64,000 nt of DNA from an uncultured Ignavibacteriales bacterium (GCA_964571235.1 CAZNAI010000002.1:2837-66836); one strand, 5' to 3'. Counted from the first letter of the stretch, positions 38,069 to 45,078 are shown. The notes: generated from the sequence alone by a model not told the origin. Made by a program: numbers and translations.

Positions 38069-38647
38069 ATGTCCAGTTCTGGAAATTCCACTTTGAAATC
38101 TGTTTTGATGGTTGTCGTTGTGTTTGTCGTGGCCGTTGGGGGAGTGCTTCTCGGGATGAGACTCCGGGACAACGCAGGCGCTGAGCCGCAAATGACTTCT
38201 GAAGATTCAAATGCTCCCACGAGTCTTCTGAAAGTCGGCGAGGTGTTTCCCAATGCACAGGTGATCGATGAAGGGGGCTTAGGTACAACAACCGATGATA
38301 TACTTGGCGGCAAAGGGGCAGTGGTTCTTCTCATGGAACTGGGATGCCCGCCGTGCAAAGAGATGTCGGAAAAGTGGCAGACGGCGATCAATTCCGGAGA
38401 AGCGAAGGAGATTCCGCTTTACGGTGTGACGATCAATCTGCCGGTGAATATCAGGCCGTATCGGCTCAAGCACAATTTGACGTTTCCTATTTACTCCGAC
38501 TCGGCAAATTTCTTCATGGATTCGATGCTGGTCGAGAATTATCCGTTGCAGGTGGTGGTTGGGAAATCGGGAACGGTGCAGTCGTATACCTTTGACTCCA
38601 ATGAGAAGCTGGATTTTGAGAGGTTGAGGGAAGAGCTGGCGAGGTAG
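38069..38647 (+). CDS. membrane-anchored thioredoxin-fold thiol:disulfide oxidoreductase (TlpA/ResA/redoxin-like, CPPC)
   Basis: N-terminal TM helix LKSVLMVVVVFVVAVGGVLLGM, then VGEVFPNAQVIDEGG...GKGAVVLLMELGCPPCKEM, the typical TlpA/AhpC-TSA layout. Confidence 0.8.
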   Translation: MSSSGNSTLKSVLMVVVVFVVAVGGVLLGMRLRDNAGAEPQMTSEDSNAPTSLLKVGEVFPNAQVIDEGGLGTTTDDILGGKGAVVLLMELGCPPCKEMSEKWQTAINSGEAKEIPLYGVTINLPVNIRPYRLKHNLTFPIYSDSANFFMDSMLVENYPLQVVVGKSGTVQSYTFDSNEKLDFERLREELAR

Positions 38648-38690
38648 TGGCAGGGCCACGGCCGTTGTCGCAGTACGTGGCTTTGCTTCC

Positions 38691-38797
38691 GTTTAGATGT
38701 CGAAACCTCTCGCTACGCTCGACCTCGCCTGCGGCGGGGCAAGGGATTTCGACCTACAAGACTGGGGGCAGGCAGGAAGCCTGCCGCCCACGACGAA
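38691..38797 (+). repeat. hairpin module copy 2 plus a GGCAGGC-aggaa-GCCTGCC hairpin
   Basis: ATGTCGAAA (38697-705) ... TTTCGAC (38747-53) CTACAAGAC (38754-62). The 22-nt gggcaggcaggaagcctgccgc at 38766-38787 is identical to 40796-40817. The block is flanked by tggctttgcttcc at 38678-90 and 38798-810. Confidence 0.7.
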
Positions 38798-38822
38798 TGG
38801 CTTTGCTTCCACGCAACCCAAA

Positions 38823-39374
38823 TCAATCGTGATCCAAGTGTGATGGTTGGTAGTTTAGAATTGTATCGCTTAACGGGGCGGCGAGGGAGTCGTCGTTGAA
38901 ACAGGTGAAGTCCCCCCACTGGGCAAGTTTTATTCGTTTGGCTTTGTTCCTACCGGTTGATATGTAGACCGAGGTCAACCAGGTCCCCATGTCGCTACCA
39001 GAGTTCATGCACCCCTGCCAATTTCCCTTGGCTACCCGATTTGATGATTGTAGCATCCAGATAAAAGTAGATGAATCGACGGAATACCCGAGTGGGTCGG
39101 TGTCGGCGAGAAGTTTTGCGAAGATGTCGGGAGTGTAAACGGTGACGGTGTCAAGCAACTCCCAGATCGCGTCACTCTCGGAGTAGGTGACATCGTAGAC
39201 GCGGCCGTGTTTGTCGATGTAGGTGGCGAAGTGGTGATATTCAAAGGCAAAGTTGATGTACTCGGCCGAGGCGACGATTTGTGGCAGGTCGGCCGATGAC
39301 GAGACGATGGTGTCGGAACAGGTGGGGAAGACCACCAGGGTGACCAGCGCGAGTATCAGCCGTTTCATACTCAT
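38823..39374 (-). CDS. hypothetical secreted protein or lipoprotein (orphan)
   Basis: GGAGG SD lies just upstream of ATGAGTATG. The signal peptide is MSMKRLILALVTLVVFPTC. No recognisable domain. Confidence 0.6.
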   Translation of the reverse strand: MSMKRLILALVTLVVFPTCSDTIVSSSADLPQIVASAEYINFAFEYHHFATYIDKHGRVYDVTYSESDAIWELLDTVTVYTPDIFAKLLADTDPLGYSVDSSTFIWMLQSSNRVAKGNWQGCMNSGSDMGTWLTSVYISTGRNKAKRIKLAQWGDFTCFNDDSLAAPLSDTILNYQPSHLDHD

Positions 39375-39464
39375 ATGACCTCCAGAGTTTGATTGCCGTA
39401 ATATAGACGAATTAATCCGTTACATATGGCAAAAAAATAACGGCGAGGCGAATTGGGTTCGTGT

Positions 39465-39497
39465 GCAGTGGCAGGGCCACCGCCTGGGGCCTTCGGC
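39465..39497 (+). repeat. 33-nt dispersed repeat GCAGTGGCAGGGCCACSGCCTGGGGCCTTCGGC (copy a)
   Basis: Differs from copy b (39669-39701) at one position. A partial copy AGTGGCAGGGCCACGGCC lies at 38646-38663. It contains a ggcc-ttcg-gcc tetraloop hairpin. Confidence 0.75.
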
Positions 39498-39668
39498 CTG
39501 TTGGATGGCAAATTGGGTTCGTTCGTGCACTTTTGTGTGACGAACAATAACGAAGACTCGGATATGCGGCGGAGAGATAAGGCATTAGCACACAGAATGG
39601 GTTTGGTCGAAGGGGACGGCATGGTAGTGCTCTCGTAGTAATATTGCAGGAGGAACTGGCTTTGTTTC

Positions 39669-39701
39669 GCAGTGGCAGGGCCACGGCCTGGGGCCTTCGG
39701 C
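39669..39701 (+). repeat. 33-nt dispersed repeat (copy b)
   Basis: Starts 204 nt after copy a, in the same orientation. Confidence 0.75.
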
Positions 39702-39929
39702 GCTTTGTATTGAGAGTTTTCCATAGTCCCATTTCCATTTGATCGCACCCATTTCTTGTAAAGCACGTCATTAGGCGCGCGTTCAATTAAGGTGTGCGGG
39801 GGCAAGAATTGGGGAGAAAGTGTAGGGAATTTGTGGGATGTGGATTGCTCGCGTCTCGACTACGCTCGACGCGTCGATGCCGCGCAATGCAATCAGTAAT
39901 AGCCAAAATTACTATTCATAACATTTTCA

Positions 39930-40523
39930 CTAGTTTACCTGCTGCAATTCATCAAACATCTGGTAGCCAAGTGAGTCGCCTATATTCTGAGGCATAAGGC
40001 CAGCCACAAAGTAAGATCTATACGCGTTGCCAACTAAGTCTCGATACCTGAGGCAAAAATGAGTGTAGATTGGCTTACTTGTATCTGCTGGAGGATTGCC
40101 AACCATGTCGGCTCTCGACGACTTGTGTAAAGTGTCCCCAACTTGCAAGCTGGTGAACGGCGGGGAGAAATCGTCTGGTGGCAGACATATTTCAAGACGC
40201 TTAGATGAGGAAATTCGGGGAAATTCGACCTGCAAGTCTAGGGCCATATTGCCGCCACGATTTATGATATCGTAATTGACTTTGAGAGAATCCGGAACTG
40301 AATCGATATTAGCTGCGAAGACGTCAATTCCTTTCAACTTCACGAATAGAATAGGCCTAAAAGAAGCTTCTTGTATCCGCGCTGTTCGCTTATTGAGCGA
40401 ATACAGATAAAGTGAAAGTGACAGCGTAAGAATAAGTCCACACGCGGCCGTGTAAAACTGCCAGTCGCGGTAGAATTTCGGCTTGGGACAGCACTTAGGT
40501 CCCTTTTGTCTAATTGCCTTCAT
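39930..40523 (-). CDS. hypothetical membrane-anchored protein (orphan, lower GC)
   Basis: 197-aa ORF with one TM helix (YTAACGLILTLSLSLYLYSL). Three hand-counted 100-nt samples gave 42-45 percent GC. Its ATG is 7 nt downstream of the tRNA-Arg 3' end. Confidence 0.5.
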   Translation of the reverse strand: MKAIRQKGPKCCPKPKFYRDWQFYTAACGLILTLSLSLYLYSLNKRTARIQEASFRPILFVKLKGIDVFAANIDSVPDSLKVNYDIINRGGNMALDLQVEFPRISSSKRLEICLPPDDFSPPFTSLQVGDTLHKSSRADMVGNPPADTSKPIYTHFCLRYRDLVGNAYRSYFVAGLMPQNIGDSLGYQMFDELQQVN

Positions 40524-40530
40524 ATCAAAA

Positions 40531-40602
40531 TACCCCCGTTAGGAATCGAACCTAAATTTCCGGCTTCGGAGGCCGACGCGCTATCCGTTGCACCACGGGG
40601 GC
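40531..40602 (-). tRNA. tRNA-Arg (anticodon CCG)
   Basis: The reverse complement GCCCCCGTGGTGCAACGGATAGCGCGTCGGCCTCCGAAGCCGGAAATTTAGGTTCGATTCCTAACGGGGGTA folds as a cloverleaf. It has a 7-bp acceptor stem, D arm GTGC/GCGC, anticodon stem TCGGC/GCCGG with loop CTCCGAA, and T arm TTAGG-TTCGATT-CCTAA. CCA is not encoded. Confidence 0.93.
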
Positions 40603-41302
40603 AATTCTGTGCGTTGCCCACAAGGGCCCTTCGACTGGCTCAGGGTGACTTTTGCGGGCGGGGTATCAGATAACATAAAACGCGCGTGAAGGCAAGGAGG
40701 GATTTAAAGAGCGTCAGGTCACGCTCGGCGAGCGCCGAGACTAAGACCTGACACAACGATCAAGGCAAGCGGCAAAGAGGAGCGCGGAGCGAGACGGGCA
40801 GGCAGGAAGCCTGCCGCACACGGGAACATAACCCGAAATGGGCTACCAAGCAGTGCAGGCTCGGGGACGAGCCTGCCCTACGAAGAGTAAGAGAATCTTT
40901 GAGTTTGATTTGGAAGGCGGGGGGTGTATCTTAATGAGCTAAGAGAGAAAGGCGGGTTCGAAGACGGACCCGCCCTACAAGAAGAAAGAAAAGAGCCCAC
41001 CATGAATGGTGGGTTACCAGGGCGAAGAGAATAAGATGTCGGGTTTCTTGTCCCGCTTTCGCGGGACTGCGGAACACCGACCTACAAGAAAAGATGGATT
41101 CCCGCCTGCGCGGGAATGACATCGGTTAGAGGTTAAGAGAAAATGTCAGGATCACAAGGATCCTGACCTGCAAAAGACATGAAACAAGATGGCGGGTTCC
41201 TGTTTTCGCGGAAATGACAGGAATAAGAGACCCTTCGACAGGCTCAGGGTGAAGTCATAAGAAATGTCAGAGTGAATTCATTGAAAAAGACTGAGAACTA
41301 AT
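40603..41302. repeat. 700-nt BIME-like array of GC-rich hairpin modules with conserved single-stranded flanks
   Basis: At least 8 distinct stem-loops with recurring AAGAGA..ATGTC, CTACAAGAA and AAGATGG...AATGAC flanks. The array is bounded by the 22-nt direct repeat cccttcgacNggctcagggtga (40627-48 and 41221-42). No credible ORF. Confidence 0.7.
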
Positions 41303-43021
41303 ATGAAATGGTCGCAGACGTACATTCCGACACTGAGAGAGAAACAGACCGACGCTGAGCTGATCTCGCATCAGCTCCTGTTGCGCGGGGGATACATTCG
41401 AAAATTAGCGGCGGGGGTTTACTTGTACCTTCCGCTCATGCAAAGAGTGATCGAAAAGTTCTCGCAGATTGTGCGCGAGGAAATGAATCGGGCTGACGGG
41501 CTTGAAATCACCATGTCGGTGCTTTGTCCGGCCGAGGTCTGGCAACAATCGGGTCGGTATGACACGATCGGCAAAGAGCAGATGCGACTCAAGGACCGTC
41601 ACGCGCACGATATGGTTTTGTGCGGCACGCATGAAGAGTCGGTGACGTATCTGGTGGCCGGCGAGGTGAAAAGTTACAAGCAGTTGCCGCTTCACTTATA
41701 TCAGATTCAGGTGAAGTTTCGTGATGAGATTCGTCCGAGGTTTGGCCTCATGCGCGGACGCGAGTTTATCATGAAGGATGCGTATACGTTCGACGCCGAC
41801 CAGGCGTCGTTTGATAAGACCTACAAGAAATTGGTGGATGCCTACTTTGCGGTTTTTAAACGGGCGGGGCTTGAAGTCTTAAAAGTTGAATCGGACACCG
41901 GCGCGATGGGGGGAAAAGCGGCGCACGAGTTTATGCTCTTGGTCGATACCGCGGCGGGGGAAGAGATTATTATCTCGTGTCCGTCGTGCGGGTACGCGGC
42001 CAATGTCGAGAAAGCGACATTCAAAGATAATTCGAAAGTCGCAATGGATTCGGAAATGAAGCCGATGCAGGTGGTCGATACACCGGGAGCGGCAACGATT
42101 GAGCAAGTGACGGCATTTTTGAAAGTAGACTCGAGCCGGTTGGTCAAGACGCTGATCTACATGGCCGACGGCAAACCGGTGGCGGCATTGGTGCGCGGGG
42201 ATCGCGATCTGAATGAGACGAAACTCAAAAATGCGGTGAAGGCGGTTGATCTGGAGATGGCGAACGCCGGGCAGGTTGAGCAAGTGACCAAGGCGCCGGT
42301 TGGATTTGCCGGACCAGTCGGATTGTCGGGAGTGACATTGGTGGTCGATCCACTGGTGGCACAGCTTAAGAATTTCGTTGTCGGCGCTAATCAGAATGAA
42401 AAGCACATTGTGAATGTGAATATCGATCGGGATTTCAAAGCGACCATCGTGACCGATTTGAGCAAAGCGCAGGGGGGAGACCTTTGCCCGAATTGCTCTG
42501 GTACTTTGACCGCCAAAGATGGAATCGAGGTCGGCAACACATTCCAGCTTGGGACCAAATATTCCGTGCCGCTTGGCGCGACATTTTTGGACGCGGAAGG
42601 GAAAGAACATCCGATGCTGATGGGGTCGTACGGGATCGGGATTACCCGAACGCCGCAGGCGGCGCTTGAGAAATATCACGACGACAAGGGGATCATTTGG
42701 CCGAAAAATATCGCGCCGTATCTGGTTGAGCTGATTCCGGTCAATCAGGAGAAAGAAAACTTGGTCTCGGCGGCTGAGCAAATCTACGCCGAACTAACCA
42801 AAGCCGGGATTGAAGTGCTTTACGACGACCGGCCGGAGCGTGCGGGGGTGAAATTCAACGACGCCGACCTGATCGGTTTGCCTATCCGTGTGACGGTTGG
42901 CGATAAGTCGTTGAAGGACGGCAAGGTAGAACTGAAATCGCGGGCGTCGGATCAGGTCGCGCTTGTGGATTTAGGGGAAATTGTAGAGGCGGTCAAAAAA
43001 CTGGCCGAGGGGCTTCGTTAG
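41303..43021 (+). CDS. proS: proline--tRNA ligase (bacterial type with INS editing domain)
   Basis: MKWSQTYIPTLRE, class II motifs (FRDEIRPRFGLMRGREF, GSYGIG) and the inserted editing domain. 572 aa. Confidence 0.97.
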   Translation: MKWSQTYIPTLREKQTDAELISHQLLLRGGYIRKLAAGVYLYLPLMQRVIEKFSQIVREEMNRADGLEITMSVLCPAEVWQQSGRYDTIGKEQMRLKDRHAHDMVLCGTHEESVTYLVAGEVKSYKQLPLHLYQIQVKFRDEIRPRFGLMRGREFIMKDAYTFDADQASFDKTYKKLVDAYFAVFKRAGLEVLKVESDTGAMGGKAAHEFMLLVDTAAGEEIIISCPSCGYAANVEKATFKDNSKVAMDSEMKPMQVVDTPGAATIEQVTAFLKVDSSRLVKTLIYMADGKPVAALVRGDRDLNETKLKNAVKAVDLEMANAGQVEQVTKAPVGFAGPVGLSGVTLVVDPLVAQLKNFVVGANQNEKHIVNVNIDRDFKATIVTDLSKAQGGDLCPNCSGTLTAKDGIEVGNTFQLGTKYSVPLGATFLDAEGKEHPMLMGSYGIGITRTPQAALEKYHDDKGIIWPKNIAPYLVELIPVNQEKENLVSAAEQIYAELTKAGIEVLYDDRPERAGVKFNDADLIGLPIRVTVGDKSLKDGKVELKSRASDQVALVDLGEIVEAVKKLAEGLR

Positions 43022-43073
43022 CATACAAATTAGTTGCTTGCCAAAGAGTTAATCCGTATACTGACCAGTTCGG

Positions 43074-43102
43074 GAGTGGGTCGAACGCCCACTCTTTTGT
43101 TT
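43074..43102 (+). terminator. Rho-independent terminator after proS
   Basis: gagtggg (43074-80) pairs with cccactc (43088-94) around a 7-nt loop, followed by ttttgttt. Confidence 0.65.
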
Positions 43103-43114
43103 AGCTGGAAGGGT

Positions 43115-43561
43115 ATGGGACAGAACGACAAAGAGCAACTGGCCGAACTGCTTGACTCGCCGTTGGCGGGTGAAGGTTTTGAGTTGGTTGATGTCGTCGT
43201 CTCGCGGTACCGCGCGAATGTGTCGGTCCGTGTCTTTGTGTACAGCCCGCAAGGGGTGAGCATTGGTGACTGTGCCCGACTTTCCAGGGTGATTGGTGAG
43301 GTGATCGAGGGAACGGAGTTGTTCCCTGATGGTTATGCTCTTGAAGTCTCCTCGCCGGGACTCGACCGTCCGCTGACCACTGCACGGGATTTTGCCCGTC
43401 GGGTGGGAGAGACGGTCCGGGTCAGTTTCGTCGATTCCGGACGCAAGCAGATCACCGCAGAGATTAAGAGCGTGACCGACGGGGTTGTACAATTCGACCT
43501 CGACACGGGTCCGGTAGGGATCCCGGTCGGTGAGATAGCGCAGGCAAAAATCGTTTTGTGA
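43115..43561 (+). CDS. rimP: ribosome maturation factor RimP
   Basis: GFELVDVV....VRVFV and LEVSSPGLDRPL. ATG 43115 follows ggaaggg. The longer track ORF (43034) would read through the proS terminator. Confidence 0.9.
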   Translation: MGQNDKEQLAELLDSPLAGEGFELVDVVVSRYRANVSVRVFVYSPQGVSIGDCARLSRVIGEVIEGTELFPDGYALEVSSPGLDRPLTTARDFARRVGETVRVSFVDSGRKQITAEIKSVTDGVVQFDLDTGPVGIPVGEIAQAKIVL

Positions 43562-43574
43562 GGGAGTAAGTTAG

Positions 43575-45041
43575 ATGGCTTTCGACATGCTTGAGGCGAT
43601 GACGATGATCTCGCGGGAGAAGAATATCGATCTTGAGACCGTGATATCAACGCTCGAAGCCGCCCTGGCGACCGCCGCCAAGAAGAAATATCCGACTGCC
43701 GAAAATCTGTCGTTTAAGTTCGACAAGAAGTCGAACGAACTGATGATGATCGCCACCAAGCGGGTGGTGTCGGAAGTGAACGATCAGAATACCGAGATCC
43801 TTTTGGCCGACGCCAAGGCGATCGACAAGACGGCGGCGATGGGGGACGAGATCGATATTTACATGGATTACGAGGCGGAATTCGGCCGTAATGCGATTGC
43901 CTCGGCCAAACAGATTTTGATTCAGAAAGTGCGCGACGCCGAGCATCAGCGGATATACGAGGAATTTATCGGCAAAGTCGGCACGCTGGTATCGGGTGTG
44001 GTCCAGCATTTCGATAAAGGGAATGTGCTGGTCAATCTGGGACGGGGTGAAGGTAGACTGCCGGTTAAAGAGCAGATTCCACGCGAGAAGTTTCGCCAGG
44101 GGGACCGTATCCGGGCGTATATCCAGGATGTACAGATGGACTCACGCGGTCCGCTGATCACGCTTTCGAGAGTAAGCAATGACTTCCTGAAGGCGCTCTT
44201 CGCTATGGAAGTGCCGGAGATTTACGAGAAGATTATCGAAATTCGCGCGATCGCCCGTGAACCCGGCGAACGGGCAAAGATTGCGGTCTATTCCAGCGAT
44301 GACCGTATCGATCCGGTGGGCGCGTGTGTCGGAATTAAAGGCGTGCGAGTGCAGTCGATTGTCCGCGAACTTAATAACGAGCGGATCGATATTGTGCCGT
44401 ACTCGGGGAATCCCGAAGTGTTTGTGACCCGCGCATTAGCGCCGGCCAAAGTTGTGCATATCGACACCTACAATTCCGACCAGAAGATGACAGTGGTCGT
44501 AGATGACGAGAAGCTGTCGCTTGCGATCGGACGGGCCGGACAGAATGCGCGGCTGGCGTCGAAGTTGACCGGTTGGAAGGTCAATATCATGTCGGAGACC
44601 GAGTACAACGATGCGCGTCGCCGCGACGCTGAATTGTTAGTGCCGGTTGGTCAGCTCGAAGGAGTTGGCGAGAAATTGCGCGACCGGTTGATCGAGGCGG
44701 ATATTCCGAGCATTCAGACATTGGCGCAGACAACGGTCGAAGCGCTGTTGAGAATAGAAGGAATAGGCCAAAAGACGGCTGAGACACTGATCGAGCGGGC
44801 CAAGGAGAAAGCGGTCGAACTCGAAAAGGAATATGACAAACGAGTCAAAGCTGAAGCGGCCGCCAAGCCCAAAGATGTCGATCCGGACAAGCTTTCCGCC
44901 GCCGATGTGTTTGTCAGCGAAGATGACAAGGACTATGTCACGGAAGAAGACGACATCCCCGAAGTATCCGCGCCGCGATTGGATGACGTGCTGGATGATG
45001 GGAGTGTCGCGCCCCGTAAGAAATCAAAGGGTGTGCAGTAG
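43575..45041 (+). CDS. nusA: transcription termination/antitermination factor NusA
   Basis: N-terminal domain, S1 domain and two KH domains (GACVGIKGVRVQ, AIGRAGQNARLASKLTGWK), then C-terminal HhH repeats and an acidic tail. Confidence 0.97.
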   Translation: MAFDMLEAMTMISREKNIDLETVISTLEAALATAAKKKYPTAENLSFKFDKKSNELMMIATKRVVSEVNDQNTEILLADAKAIDKTAAMGDEIDIYMDYEAEFGRNAIASAKQILIQKVRDAEHQRIYEEFIGKVGTLVSGVVQHFDKGNVLVNLGRGEGRLPVKEQIPREKFRQGDRIRAYIQDVQMDSRGPLITLSRVSNDFLKALFAMEVPEIYEKIIEIRAIAREPGERAKIAVYSSDDRIDPVGACVGIKGVRVQSIVRELNNERIDIVPYSGNPEVFVTRALAPAKVVHIDTYNSDQKMTVVVDDEKLSLAIGRAGQNARLASKLTGWKVNIMSETEYNDARRRDAELLVPVGQLEGVGEKLRDRLIEADIPSIQTLAQTTVEALLRIEGIGQKTAETLIERAKEKAVELEKEYDKRVKAEAAAKPKDVDPDKLSAADVFVSEDDKDYVTEEDDIPEVSAPRLDDVLDDGSVAPRKKSKGVQ

Positions 45042-45078
45042 GGAAAGGTAACCCCCTGTCGCATCCGGGAGGTCAGAT

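Noticed and set aside
38678-38810. The 13-nt direct repeat tggctttgcttcc flanking a 107-nt insert, read as a target-site duplication of a MITE.
   Set aside because: A near-identical tggctttgtttc occurs a third time at 39657 next to another repeat, so the 13-mer is more likely a module of the repeat mosaic than a duplicated target. I kept it as a caveat in the findings rather than calling it a mobile element.
39371-39805. A 144-aa minus-strand ORF whose stop overlaps the ATG of the secreted-protein gene (ATATGA). It contains an in-frame duplicated PKAPG(R/G)GPATA motif.
   Set aside because: The duplicated motif is just the reverse-complement translation of the 33-nt dispersed repeat, whose copies lie 204 nt apart. 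A third repeat copy lies outside any ORF. The rest of the ORF is low-complexity with no SD. It is most likely a repeat-generated shadow ORF, though the ATGA overlap means it cannot be fully excluded without expression data.
40931-41122. A 63-aa minus-strand ORF (MSFPRRRESIFSCRS...), and the plus-strand ORF 38647-38832.
   Set aside because: Both are composed entirely of hairpin repeat sequence. They have no SD and arginine-rich, nonsense-like composition.
40603-41302. Possible CRISPR array or integron attC cassette array.
   Set aside because: There is no constant repeat alternating with unique spacers; the stems vary and only short flanks recur. There are no cas genes. attC sites would show RYYYAAC ... 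GTTRRRY core sites and an intI gene nearby, and neither is present.
40603-41302. T-box or other leader riboswitch controlling proS.
   Set aside because: There is no T-box consensus (AGGGTGGNACCGCG-like) or specifier-loop architecture. The cagggtga strings belong to the 22-nt direct repeat found at both ends of the array.
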